Below are positions 9,732 to 19,031 of a DNA stretch of 64,000 nt, piece after piece (positions within the stretch are counted from its first letter, which is position 1; each line of letters opens with the position of its first letter). The stretch is from the IMG/VR virus record IMGVR_UViG_3300000115_000013, positions 1 to 64,000 of that record; one strand, 5' to 3'. A model generated the notes under the pieces. That model was not told where the DNA came from. It saw only the letters and a program-made list of their open reading frames with translations, and did no database searches. Source of the stretch: an uncultured virus (IMG/VR IMGVR_UViG_3300000115_000013) (taxonomy: Duplodnaviria; Heunggongvirae; Uroviricota; Caudoviricetes). The position numbers were made by a program, and so were the translations under genes.

Positions 9732-10444
9732 TAAAATTTAATTCCATCTATCATTTCTTCTACAAAATATGCATCTTTAGGATTCATTGTTCTTTTATTC
9801 CCCCAATAATCTGCATCTATACAATTAGCAATTCTCTCGAAACATTCACTTGGCATATTACCTAGTGCGGTTTGTGCTCGTTGACTACATATTATAATCC
9901 AAGGAGATATTTTTCCACCCTCGATCCAATCTGCAATTAAGTAACCGCTTGCACGTTCCCAAAATTCTTCAAAGTACCCAGTGGCTATAGCATACTCAAC
10001 AAAACGTTCTAATGCACGTTCTACACTTTCACGTTTAACAAAGTCTTTGATAAACATTAAATAAAAACGTTCACTTGCCCAATCACGTAATTTAACTTCT
10101 TTATTTATTAGCCATCTAGTATATGCTTCAATATCAATAACATTACTATTATAGCACCAGTTTCCGTATTTAATAAACGCTGTATAGTATTGGCTATCTA
10201 CAAAAGACTTGTAATCTTTTCCTTTGCTTCCCATACTAATACGATAAAATAAATCAAATGCTGAAAACCCTGCAAGTGTTTCCTTATCGTCTTTTTGTTG
10301 CCAACGCCTCTTTTTCTCACAACTATGAGCTAACATAGTTCCTTCTCTTTTAAAACTTTTATTACAGTATTCGCACTTAAATGCACCAGGAGTATTTTTT
10401 ATAGATCCTGCCAACGCAACTAACTCCTCTGCACTAATATTCAT
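9731..10444 (-). CDS. Hypothetical protein with N-terminal C2HC/C2H2-type zinc finger
   Basis: FKCEYCNKSFKREGTMLAHSC. Confidence 0.65.
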   Translation of the reverse strand: MNISAEELVALAGSIKNTPGAFKCEYCNKSFKREGTMLAHSCEKKRRWQQKDDKETLAGFSAFDLFYRISMGSKGKDYKSFVDSQYYTAFIKYGNWCYNSNVIDIEAYTRWLINKEVKLRDWASERFYLMFIKDFVKRESVERALERFVEYAIATGYFEEFWERASGYLIADWIEGGKISPWIIICSQRAQTALGNMPSECFERIANCIDADYWGNKRTMNPKDAYFVEEMIDGIKF

Positions 10445-10911
10445 TTTTTAAAGATCTCTTTAATTTGTTTTTTGGTTAATCCCAGTTGTTCTGCTATATT
10501 TTTAAAATCAGATATTTCATTTGTGCTCACTAGTAGCTCAAGTTCATCATCGTTATATGTTGGGTATAATTCACTTAACCAATTATATAACTTACCCATT
10601 GACTGTTTCTTTTGTTTTCCAGGAGGTATCCATTTATGGTATTGTGACACCCCAAGACCAACACACTGTAACAACTTAAACTGTAATTCAGGATGATGAC
10701 GTACAATATTATAATGCTTGTTTACTAGTTCATTTACTAATGCAATATAATGAAATTCGATATCTGAATTAGAAGATTGTACTGCACTGGTCCAACGCAT
10801 TAAGACAAATGGACTAATTTTTTTAACTTCTTCTTCAGTAAGACTTTCCCACCAACCTTTAACACGACAATCAATTGCCCGCATCTCTTCTTTGATAGAT
10901 AGTTTACTCAT
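10441..10911 (-). CDS. Putative clamp-loader small subunit (gp62-like)
   Basis: Size, SPFVLMRW...LVNK...HPELQF...YHKWI pattern and replication context. Confidence 0.5.
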   Translation of the reverse strand: MSKLSIKEEMRAIDCRVKGWWESLTEEEVKKISPFVLMRWTSAVQSSNSDIEFHYIALVNELVNKHYNIVRHHPELQFKLLQCVGLGVSQYHKWIPPGKQKKQSMGKLYNWLSELYPTYNDDELELLVSTNEISDFKNIAEQLGLTKKQIKEIFKK

Positions 10912-11072
10912 CCAAACACCGTTATTACAATTACAATAATCACAAACCAGCCAAAAATACCTATACCATTATTTCCTACTAGCCCTCTACTTCTAGCACA
11001 ATCGTAGCAATAGCGATATTTCTTTGGTGTTTTATTACTACAAAAGAATGCATCACATGTCTTTTTTGTCAT
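10908..11072 (-). CDS. 54-aa zinc-ribbon plus transmembrane micro-protein
   Basis: Manual translation MTKKTCDAFFCSNKTPKKYRYCYDCARSRGLVGNNGIGIFGWFVIIVIVITVFG; coupled at both ends (TAATG, ATGA). Confidence 0.7.
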   Translation of the reverse strand: MTKKTCDAFFCSNKTPKKYRYCYDCARSRGLVGNNGIGIFGWFVIIVIVITVFG

Positions 11073-11281
11073 TACCATAATCCAATTGTTTTACTGTTAC
11101 CTACTATTATAAAGCCACATGTAACAATATGCAAGACAATCCAGAACGTTCTAAAAGCAAGTGCTTTTAAAACGTCTGTCTGTGTAATAGGCAAAAACTC
11201 TGGCTTGTCATCATCATTGAGTCCAACAGGCATACCCACAGTTCTCGCCCACAATTTAAGCCATCGCCTTTGTCCACTCAT
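11072..11281 (-). CDS. Small membrane protein
   Basis: Hydrophobic C-terminal segment; in operon. Confidence 0.6.
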   Translation of the reverse strand: MSGQRRWLKLWARTVGMPVGLNDDDKPEFLPITQTDVLKALAFRTFWIVLHIVTCGFIIVGNSKTIGLW

Positions 11282-11283
11282 TT

Positions 11284-11472
11284 TTAGTAAGGCTCGGCGC
11301 GAGCATTAACAGTTGCTTGGATTTCTGCTCGTCTTTCTTTAGCTAATTTTCCCATTTCACTTAGTGCTTTACGAGCACGAGCAGATGATGCCTTAACACC
11401 TTTTACTTCAAAGTTTTCAGATTCTGCTAGATATGTACGAAATGCTTCTTCAATTTTTTCATGATTTGTCAT
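11284..11472 (-). CDS. Histone H1-like Hc1-family small protein
   Basis: KGVKASSARARKALSEMGKLAKERRAEIQ; AGGAG SD. Confidence 0.65.
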   Translation of the reverse strand: MTNHEKIEEAFRTYLAESENFEVKGVKASSARARKALSEMGKLAKERRAEIQATVNARAEPY

Positions 11473-11499
11473 TTTTTTCTCCTTATAACATCATTTGTT

Positions 11500-12003
11500 T
11501 TACCAAAGGTCTTCTGTACTCAGTACATCAGGTACCTTGTTGGTGTCTTTTACAAAGTAGGCACATTGTGGATTGTCGCCTTCTTCAAGTGGAATTGCAA
11601 GGATATGCCCAAACTTTAGTTTGGGGAAATACCACTTGACTTCCTGATACAAGTTAACAATTTCAACTTGATCAAAGCTCGGTAGGAACCCAGTAATTGG
11701 ATTAAAAACAAATGCTTTAAATCCTCTATCATTTAAGCTAGTAACTGGTAATATTTCTGGATCACCTACCATTGGGTCACATACAATTAAACTCCAATCT
11801 AATGGTATTTTAACAGTACGTTGTCCAATCTTTAAAACTGCGGCTGGGCTATTAAAACTTTCTAAGAATACCAATGGCACAAAAATATAATCAGCATTTT
11901 TTGCATCACTATAATCTAATACACAGTAACGTATGTCGTCGATTTCTTCTGGTACGAAATCTAAATCATACATTTGATTTTCCACAGTTAGTATTTTTGT
12001 CAT
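11500..12003 (-). CDS. Hypothetical protein coupled to UvsW
   Basis: 167-aa ORF overlapping the uvsW stop. Confidence 0.65.
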   Translation of the reverse strand: MTKILTVENQMYDLDFVPEEIDDIRYCVLDYSDAKNADYIFVPLVFLESFNSPAAVLKIGQRTVKIPLDWSLIVCDPMVGDPEILPVTSLNDRGFKAFVFNPITGFLPSFDQVEIVNLYQEVKWYFPKLKFGHILAIPLEEGDNPQCAYFVKDTNKVPDVLSTEDLW

Positions 12004-13454
12004 TTATAATTCACCTTTTCTATATGAAAGGGATACTTGGCTTCTCGATAAAATTTCTTTCGCTCAGTCAAATGTCTCTTGCTAAATTTTGCACTACTCG
12101 TTATATCCCAGATTTGAACACTGTCTTTATCTTGTGCTTTTCGAATACCTCTACCGATACTTTGAATTACACGAACAAAAGATTTTCCAGGTTCAAAAAG
12201 GACTAAATTAAAAATCCTAGGGATGTTAATACCAACAGCGGCAACCCCATAGGTTGCAACGATAATTTTACCAGTTGCATCAGCTACTTCATCATATTCG
12301 TCTTTTCTATCCTTACTTTTCATACTACCACTAATAAACACAACATCATCTCCCAGTCGTTCAACTAGTCCTTCACCTGCTTTGATTCTGTCAACTAATA
12401 CAAGTGTATTTCCTGACTCGGACATTGTTTTAATAATACCTGACATATAGTCTAATCGTTCTTTATTAGTAGTTAAGTAAGTAAGCTCACTTTGATAATC
12501 GCCATACGCTACAGTATCCTGAAGTTGTAATACATTAACTTCACATTGTGCTAGCACACCCATGTCTTGTAATTCAGCTGCACTAAGTTTATTTACCACT
12601 TCCCCCAAACTTACCTCTAAGCTCAGTCGTTCAAGTTCTGCTTTGGGTATTGTACCAGTTAACCCCCAACGTATTGGAACATTACTAAATGCACCTGTTA
12701 GTAGTTTTTTAAGTACATCTGCTTTTGCTTGGTGTACTTCGTCTACCATAACACATACTACACCTTCTGCAAATGCATGCAACCCCCAGTCTTGTTCACC
12801 ATCACGGAAACGCTTTTCCATAATGTTTAAACTTTGCCAAGTACAAATGGTATGTGTTTTACCAAACTCTTTACGGTCACCAAAGTACACACCTACATCT
12901 AAACCTAAGTTAATGTAGTCAGCTTCTGTCTGTGTTACTAGATCCTTGTTGGGCACGATAACAATACTGCGTCCGTATGCTTCAATTTTGTAACTCAGAG
13001 CCGCTGTAATTAAGGTCTTGCCTGCACCTGTGGCAATCTCTTGTAAACATTGTGGTGTTTGTAAAAACTGATTAATTATCTCAACCTGATAGTCTCTGAG
13101 TGTAATAGGCTGACCAGCCGCTGGATGTTTATCTGGCCATACTCTATCTGAAAACAATTCTTCTGTTACTAATTCAAAAGACAAATCATGAGCTTCACGT
13201 TCGTCTTGTATTTCAATTTCATAACCCTCATTTTGAATAATTGGCAAACACTTGGGAAGGCAACTAATAAATGTATTTCCTCCCATAGTAAAATACCCAA
13301 CACAACCATCCCAACGTCCTAGTTTGTAAGCAGGAACATGTCTGGCATGTGGCAACATAAATTTAAGTTCTTTTTCTAACTTCTTACGAGTGCTGAGCTC
13401 AAGACCTTCAAACTTACAATTTACTTCGTCTTTGATAATCAGTTTAGTTTTCAT
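12000..13454 (-). CDS. uvsW: UvsW-like SF2 DNA helicase
   Basis: LRDYQ, ATGAGKT, DEVH, GLTGT, QSIGRGIR. Confidence 0.92.
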   Translation of the reverse strand: MKTKLIIKDEVNCKFEGLELSTRKKLEKELKFMLPHARHVPAYKLGRWDGCVGYFTMGGNTFISCLPKCLPIIQNEGYEIEIQDEREAHDLSFELVTEELFSDRVWPDKHPAAGQPITLRDYQVEIINQFLQTPQCLQEIATGAGKTLITAALSYKIEAYGRSIVIVPNKDLVTQTEADYINLGLDVGVYFGDRKEFGKTHTICTWQSLNIMEKRFRDGEQDWGLHAFAEGVVCVMVDEVHQAKADVLKKLLTGAFSNVPIRWGLTGTIPKAELERLSLEVSLGEVVNKLSAAELQDMGVLAQCEVNVLQLQDTVAYGDYQSELTYLTTNKERLDYMSGIIKTMSESGNTLVLVDRIKAGEGLVERLGDDVVFISGSMKSKDRKDEYDEVADATGKIIVATYGVAAVGINIPRIFNLVLFEPGKSFVRVIQSIGRGIRKAQDKDSVQIWDITSSAKFSKRHLTERKKFYREAKYPFHIEKVNYK

Positions 13455-13460
13455 AATATT

Positions 13461-13489
13461 ATTATACGCTTTTTAAATAAATGTGTCAA
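13461..13489 (-). promoter_or_regulatory. Consensus sigma70 promoter of uvsW (leaderless)
   Basis: TTGACA-N17-TATAAT-N6-ATG. Confidence 0.8.
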
Positions 13490-13502
13490 TCGTTAATAAG
13501 AT

Positions 13503-13530
13503 GAGGGGACTAGTAAATACTAGCCCCCTC
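13503..13530 (-). terminator. GC-rich hairpin, likely intrinsic terminator
   Basis: GAGGGGGCTAGT/ACTAGTCCCCTC stem downstream of the ATPase gene. Confidence 0.6.
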
Positions 13531-13533
13531 CTT

Positions 13534-13587
13534 ATACTAATTGACTTGAGTGAGAGTGCAGACAGAGGAGTCCTAGTCAATTAGTAT
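13534..13587 (-). ncRNA. Candidate 3'-UTR-derived hairpin sRNA with anti-SD loop
   Basis: Perfect 13-bp stem; the 28-nt loop contains CUCCUCU and UCUCACUC. Confidence 0.45.
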
Positions 13588-13593
13588 TTTCCG

Positions 13594-14610
13594 TTAACCT
13601 CGCTTCATGCAGGTCATTTCCACATAACGTTTCCACTTTACACCGTTCATCTTCTTGAGATCGGCAATTTTAAGTACCATACGCAAGCTCATCTCACGTA
13701 GCTTAGTACGGTTATCATGTATGTGATTCAACATGTCCTGCTTTTCGTCTTGAGGGAAGTTGTATTCATCTAGCATGCCATCTGAAACAATCTGCTTACA
13801 ACGCAACCACTTTTCGTGCATTGTGTCCAGTGTAAGGTCCAAATAGTGGCAACGTGACATAATAGCATCTAAGTGATCCTTAATCTTACCACGTGTTTTC
13901 TCAAACTTAAGGTTAGTAATAAAGATAATACTTCCTTTAAATTCGAACTTATCTGGAATTCCTTCGTTATGCAGTACACGGCTTTCGCTACGCCAGCTTA
14001 GGAACCGCTTTGGGCTACTGTCTAATGCTGCCTTTAACAAGTTAAGCGAAGTTTCATCATACAGTACACTATCGCAATCATCTAGTACAAGTACACTTCC
14101 TGCATTTGCATATTCAAATAGTAGCTTGTACAAACCAATGGCACTTGCTGCACCTTTTTCCATTCCAAACTTGCGTCCAGTTGATTCTGCACCTCCACTT
14201 AGTTTGTTCATAGTTTCAGCTTCACGCATTACTTTTTCAACACCGTATGATTTGCCTACGCCTGGAGGGCCTGTAACAACCATTCCACGTACTACACCAT
14301 CACATGATGCATAGCTCATATCTTCTAGTACTTGAAAACGCTCACGCAGACGTTCAATTATTTGATCATCTGTTTCAGTTATTTCTGGAACAGTTACTTG
14401 TGGCTCTCCAGTTTCTGACATTAAAGAAAAACAAGTTTTATCTGACACACCAATTCTTACATTACGATCTGGCATATTAATTTGGTCAGTTCCGTCTACT
14501 GTAATATACGCACCGCTTGCACCGTTACGAAAATCTTTTGTTAGATTAAAAACTCGTTCAGTTACTGGTTCGTTACGATATGTTCCGTTATGTACTAACA
14601 CTTGCTGCAT
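13594..14610 (-). CDS. AAA/P-loop ATPase
   Basis: GPPGVGKS, VLVLDDCD, IFITN, SRC Arg finger; start at 14610 after GGAG. Confidence 0.8.
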   Translation of the reverse strand: MQQVLVHNGTYRNEPVTERVFNLTKDFRNGASGAYITVDGTDQINMPDRNVRIGVSDKTCFSLMSETGEPQVTVPEITETDDQIIERLRERFQVLEDMSYASCDGVVRGMVVTGPPGVGKSYGVEKVMREAETMNKLSGGAESTGRKFGMEKGAASAIGLYKLLFEYANAGSVLVLDDCDSVLYDETSLNLLKAALDSSPKRFLSWRSESRVLHNEGIPDKFEFKGSIIFITNLKFEKTRGKIKDHLDAIMSRCHYLDLTLDTMHEKWLRCKQIVSDGMLDEYNFPQDEKQDMLNHIHDNRTKLREMSLRMVLKIADLKKMNGVKWKRYVEMTCMKRG

Positions 14611-14644
14611 GGTTCTCACTCCGTTTTGCATTAACTATATGTAT

Positions 14645-14672
14645 ATAATAGCATCACTGTATTATATGTCAA
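14645..14672 (-). promoter_or_regulatory. Sigma70-type early promoter
   Basis: TTGACA-N16-TATTAT with extended -10 TG. Confidence 0.55.
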
Positions 14673-14687
14673 CTGTTTTTTTGTATT

Positions 14688-15242
14688 TTAATAAAAAACT
14701 GCATTAATTATTGCTCTAAATCCCACCGCTTCATAATTAGGATGCACGGCTTTGTGTGGTATACGAGTATCAAATAATACCATTCTTCCAGGAACATATT
14801 CACTACAGTATTCTATATTTTTTAAATCCTTAGATTTAAAAATAGTTTGACCGTCCCAGTCTGGATCCCATTTTAAATTTGGATAAAACAGCATACTCAT
14901 TGAATTTGGCTCAATATGGTCTACATGATATCGATATAATTCCCTGCCAGTATGTAAGTTTATCCAAGCACGTTGTTGTGTTCTACTATCAAGATGTGAC
15001 CTTATATGTTTCCAGTTAGGATGACGTTCTAATCCAAAGTTATCCCATTTTTCTTTATTCCACTGGACGCCCAATGTACTTGCACTTTTAAAGTCAGTAA
15101 CTTGGCTATCCCAGGATGTGGCAAACCTAAAATCAGATTGGTATATTATATTCATCATTAAGGTTCTATCATTGAAATTGAACAAATCATCAATGACAAT
15201 TATTTTTAAACCATCTCTGGTATTAATAATTTCTTGTTTCAT
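14688..15242 (-). CDS. 2OG-Fe(II) oxygenase
   Basis: YHVD, WDGQT, PGRMVLFD..IPH, R. Confidence 0.85.
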   Translation of the reverse strand: MKQEIINTRDGLKIIVIDDLFNFNDRTLMMNIIYQSDFRFATSWDSQVTDFKSASTLGVQWNKEKWDNFGLERHPNWKHIRSHLDSRTQQRAWINLHTGRELYRYHVDHIEPNSMSMLFYPNLKWDPDWDGQTIFKSKDLKNIEYCSEYVPGRMVLFDTRIPHKAVHPNYEAVGFRAIINAVFY

Positions 15243-15931
15243 TGCTGTATCCTAACATAATTGAATACTGTTTCTTTACAGTCACTAAATTTACTAATAT
15301 CATGTGTTTTAACTTTACCAGTAAGCATAGCATCTTTCCCTTCAATAATACCTGAAATATCAGGCTCTTTATTAAAGAAGAATTTAATAATATTTTTATT
15401 ATTATCAACACAAGTTACCAAGTGTATTGAATACTTACTAATGAATTTAACATCTTTAATATGTACAGCGAGCTTAATACGATCCCCAATAACACCAACG
15501 AATTCACTAGTTTTACGATGTGCATCAAACCATTCATCAAGTGTTTGTCGTTTAGACTGTACTCTAAAACTATTAGGCAAACTTGCTAGTACAGCAACAC
15601 CAAATGCCTCAACAGTTTCATTACTGATGCTTTGTAAAACATTTGTTTCAAAGTCATTAATGCGTCCTGACATTTTCTTGCCAATTAATTCTAATTTAAA
15701 ACTTTCAATAATTTCTTCAACTTGTGTCATTATATCCTGATCAATTTCTGGCATTTCTGCTTCGCCATTGATATAATTCATAATAGTTGTTTTATTATCA
15801 TATATCATAGTAGCATTTTCTTGATCATAATAACCATAACCGCTCTTAACAAAACCTTGTGCTTTGTCAACATAGATGGCTAATTGAAGGATCTGCTGAG
15901 TGTTATATGTTGGTTTTTGTCGCTTTGTCAT
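15239..15931 (-). CDS. Hypothetical protein (possible C-terminal OB-like domain)
   Basis: 230-aa ORF with its own TTGACA-N16-TATTAT promoter (15960-15987). Confidence 0.6.
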   Translation of the reverse strand: MTKRQKPTYNTQQILQLAIYVDKAQGFVKSGYGYYDQENATMIYDNKTTIMNYINGEAEMPEIDQDIMTQVEEIIESFKLELIGKKMSGRINDFETNVLQSISNETVEAFGVAVLASLPNSFRVQSKRQTLDEWFDAHRKTSEFVGVIGDRIKLAVHIKDVKFISKYSIHLVTCVDNNKNIIKFFFNKEPDISGIIEGKDAMLTGKVKTHDISKFSDCKETVFNYVRIQQ

Positions 15932-16100
15932 TTTCTTATCCTTATTTTTTCTTATTTTTATAATAGCACTGGAAATATTAATGTCAATAATATAATAGTG
16001 TATATTACGACTTTTATAGTGCTTGGCTTTTTAAAGCTAGTGGTAAATGTGTGTTGGAGATCACGTTCTGCTTCTCCAACACTTAGGTACTCAGGTTCCA

Positions 16101-16658
16101 TTATGCATATTCATTATAAACATGTTGCCACATTTGACTAATGTTTAAAATTTCACTGTCTACTTTAAGTGCAAAATTTGAAATACGATTAGCAGTCCGG
16201 TCTACTTCACCTTTGTAAAAACAATCTTGCAACATGTTAACTGCATGATTTTTAACTTGGGCATACCTTAAATTTTGAATCTTTGTGGCACGCCATTTAC
16301 TTCCTGCATATTCTCCAGTTTGTGTCCGGAACCGAGGATGCCGACTAATACAAGTATAACCTTCATCTTCTAACAGTTTAGCGTAAATTTCTGCTTGTGC
16401 TTTTGATTCGTCTATACTTACGTCTCCTAGTTCAACGTAGTCTACGTCCCAATCTGTTTGGTTTGTACACATTGCTACACGAAACAAGCTACTACTTGCA
16501 CTACCTTGTGAATTGTCTTTACCTGATAGTGCATCTTTAGCTTTACTATACAAGTTGGTTACATTAACATTTTTACGCCAGTTAACTTGAGAAGTAGTCC
16601 AAATATGGAAAATATTTTCTGCATCGTTTTTAAAAACTGCTAGGGTATACATATTCAT
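16101..16658 (-). CDS. Hypothetical early protein
   Basis: 185-aa ORF with its own promoter and AAGGA SD. Confidence 0.6.
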   Translation of the reverse strand: MNMYTLAVFKNDAENIFHIWTTSQVNWRKNVNVTNLYSKAKDALSGKDNSQGSASSSLFRVAMCTNQTDWDVDYVELGDVSIDESKAQAEIYAKLLEDEGYTCISRHPRFRTQTGEYAGSKWRATKIQNLRYAQVKNHAVNMLQDCFYKGEVDRTANRISNFALKVDSEILNISQMWQHVYNEYA

Positions 16659-16684
16659 TTCCTTTTTGTTTAACTTACGTGCAA

Positions 16685-16712
16685 GTTAACACCGATATAT
16701 CTCGGTGTCAAC
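16685..16712 (-). promoter_or_regulatory. Sigma70 promoter overlapped by a palindrome
   Basis: GTTGACACCGA-GATATA-TCGGTGTTAAC. Confidence 0.6.
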
Positions 16713-16723
16713 CTCTTATTTTA

Positions 16724-17107
16724 TTAGGCGTAATCGTATGCACAATGTGGACTAGTATAACCTCGGCGAGCTTCTTGCTTTGCTTTGAAAGCAAACATCA
16801 CTTTGTAATACCAGTCCTCATTTTTGTTTTTAAGGATTTGTAATGGTGAGCTGTCAAGACCATCTTTTGCTCTCTCAGCTACATACTCTTCAACTGTGAA
16901 GTTTTTAATAAGTTGTGCAAGGAATTTAGCTTTAGTAAATGGCGTTCCTGAATACTTGAAACGTGCAATAAACAAATCAATGCCACGTCCAACATTACTG
17001 GGGTGAACATTTTTACCTGCTTCATAAACTGGACGACCTTCATAATCGCCTGTGTACATTAAGTATCCGCCATGGTAGCTAAAATCTGCTTTATTAAACT
17101 GTGTCAT
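16724..17107 (-). CDS. Hypothetical early protein
   Basis: ATG 17107 after GGAG SD; has its own promoter. Confidence 0.6.
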   Translation of the reverse strand: MTQFNKADFSYHGGYLMYTGDYEGRPVYEAGKNVHPSNVGRGIDLFIARFKYSGTPFTKAKFLAQLIKNFTVEEYVAERAKDGLDSSPLQILKNKNEDWYYKVMFAFKAKQEARRGYTSPHCAYDYA

Positions 17108-17142
17108 ATTCAACTCCGTTTGTTTAACTTATGTATATGTTC

Positions 17143-17167
17143 TAACACCAATACGTCTTGGTGTCAA
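17143..17167 (-). promoter_or_regulatory. Sigma70 promoter overlapped by a palindrome
   Basis: TTGACACCAA-GACGTA-TTGGTGTTA. Confidence 0.6.
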
Positions 17168-17222
17168 CAATAAAAGTGAACTTTTTTAAAAAATAAATAT
17201 AATTAATTAGAAGGAACATCAC

Positions 17223-17732
17223 TTGGCAGATACTCTGTTACTAAATGCAGACGCACAACCGATTTCATATTTTCCAATTAGCGCAATTCAATGGAAAGAA
17301 GCAATTACATACCTTTGGCTTGATAAAGTACATGTACTAGAATGGTATGATGATTGGATGGTAAGATCAGAAAAGTGGGAGACTCGAGTCCCGGCTGTGA
17401 TGATGCTTAAAGAAATGCAGCGACGGCGAGCTCGTCCTAGATTTTCAAAAGCCAACTTATATATTAGAGACACTTACACTTGTCAATATTGTAATACTCC
17501 ATATTCCAAAGCGAATTTAACCTTAGACCATGTTATACCGTTAAGTAAAGGCGGTAACACTTCATGGGAAAATATTGTAGCTGCATGTGGACCATGTAAT
17601 CATAATAAAGGTGACAAGACGCATATGAAACCAATCAAAGTTCCGTATGCGCCTGATTATTACGATCTTGTTAATAAACGTAAACAACTAGATATGAATA
17701 TTCAACATCATAGTTGGAGTTCTTACCTCTAA
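17223..17732 (+). CDS. HNH endonuclease (McrA-like)
   Basis: RDTYTCQYC, TLDHVIPLSKGG, WENIVAACGPCNHNKG; TTG start with AAGGA SD. Confidence 0.9.
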   Translation: MADTLLLNADAQPISYFPISAIQWKEAITYLWLDKVHVLEWYDDWMVRSEKWETRVPAVMMLKEMQRRRARPRFSKANLYIRDTYTCQYCNTPYSKANLTLDHVIPLSKGGNTSWENIVAACGPCNHNKGDKTHMKPIKVPYAPDYYDLVNKRKQLDMNIQHHSWSSYL

Positions 17733-18142
17733 CGTATCCAAGCTATTTTTTCACCAGCGGCTGTTCTGCGTTCTTGTTCAGCAACTGTGCCTGGATATCT
17801 CCACGCCCAGATTGCGACCAGTGCCATAAACCCACCGCTCCATACAACTGCCATAATATTGCCAGTAGTAAACCAAAGAAATGCAAGTGATGATGACATC
17901 ACAATTACCATTGCATATTTTCCCTTGGTTGGAAATACTCTTTTCTCTACCCAATTAGTTAAAAACGGGCCAAAGTATTTGTGATTGTATAACCAATCGT
18001 GCATACGTTTACTAGACTTAGCAAATGCCCAAGCTGCAATAACCAAGAAGATACTAAATGGTATCCCTGGTACTACAACTCCAACGTAGGCCATACCTAG
18101 ACATAAAAAGCCTAGAGCCATGTACAAATATTTTTTAATCAT
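17729..18142 (-). CDS. ybaN: YbaN/DUF454 inner-membrane protein
   Basis: GVVVPGIP...FAKSSKRMHDWL..HKYFGPFL.NW. Confidence 0.8.
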   Translation of the reverse strand: MIKKYLYMALGFLCLGMAYVGVVVPGIPFSIFLVIAAWAFAKSSKRMHDWLYNHKYFGPFLTNWVEKRVFPTKGKYAMVIVMSSSLAFLWFTTGNIMAVVWSGGFMALVAIWAWRYPGTVAEQERRTAAGEKIAWIR

Positions 18143-18383
18143 TTACTTTCCTTATTTGATTGGCATATTCAACTGAATGTTTTCTTACTACTTCATTGGT
18201 TAAAATACCGTTAATATAATTGTTAGCTGCATCCTTTACATAATGAAAACTATTATCAGGATAATGTATAGTTCCAATATATTCATTATTTTCATAACAA
18301 ACTAGCATTAATACTTCATCATCCATTATGCTAATAGATGCAGTTTTATTATTTTCTTTATTTTTAAATTCATTATAAGACAT
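18135..18383 (-). CDS. Hypothetical protein
   Basis: 82-aa ORF in operon. Confidence 0.55.
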   Translation of the reverse strand: MSYNEFKNKENNKTASISIMDDEVLMLVCYENNEYIGTIHYPDNSFHYVKDAANNYINGILTNEVVRKHSVEYANQIRKVND

Positions 18384-18391
18384 CTTAATTC

Positions 18392-18997
18392 CTACGTAAT
18401 AGCATCAGCTAATGCACTTAGTGAGTCAACCACTGATACTTTCTTTGCAATAGAACGATACGTAAATTTATGAAGTTCCTTTTCTGTAGCTTCTCCATAA
18501 CCAGTTCTAACTAAAATTGGTCGAGCTCCTATCTTAACAGCGGCTTTCATGTCAGAAAGTTTATCTCCAACATATAATCCACTTTTAAATTTTATATGTG
18601 GATGTTCTTTTTGGCAACGCTGAAACATGCCTAAATTTGGTTTAGCGTAAATATCGTCTTTTCGACTACTAGTACTATAATATAGTGCATCAATACTACT
18701 GCATCCAGCCTTCCCTAGAAGTTCAAACATATACTCATGAAGTTTATCTACATCAGCTGGAGTAAACAAACCTTTTTCAATACCACCTTGATTAGTAATG
18801 ATTACAATTTTATGTCCTGCATTGCGTAACCTAGCTATTGCTTCTATACTACCAGGTATTGGCTGGAAGTCAGCAGATCTAAATGTGTAAGTTCCTCGGT
18901 CCACATTAATTACACCATCTCTGTCCAGACCAATAACACACTTATCATATAAAGAAATATTGTTACTAACTTGACCTAGTTCTGTAATATTAGCCAT
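18392..18997 (-). CDS. gmhB: D-glycero-D-manno-heptose-1,7-bisphosphate phosphatase (HAD-IIIA)
   Basis: LDRDGVIN, ITNQGG, KPNLGM, VGDKLSD, LVRTGYG. Confidence 0.85.
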   Translation of the reverse strand: MANITELGQVSNNISLYDKCVIGLDRDGVINVDRGTYTFRSADFQPIPGSIEAIARLRNAGHKIVIITNQGGIEKGLFTPADVDKLHEYMFELLGKAGCSSIDALYYSTSSRKDDIYAKPNLGMFQRCQKEHPHIKFKSGLYVGDKLSDMKAAVKIGARPILVRTGYGEATEKELHKFTYRSIAKKVSVVDSLSALADAIT

Positions 18998-19031
18998 CTA
19001 CAATTAATATCTTTTCTTTATTTTAGCTAAA

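Noticed and set aside
17223..17732. HNH as an intron-encoded homing endonuclease
   Set aside because: It is free-standing with its own promoter and RBS, no interrupted gene flanks it, and it is a McrA-like type
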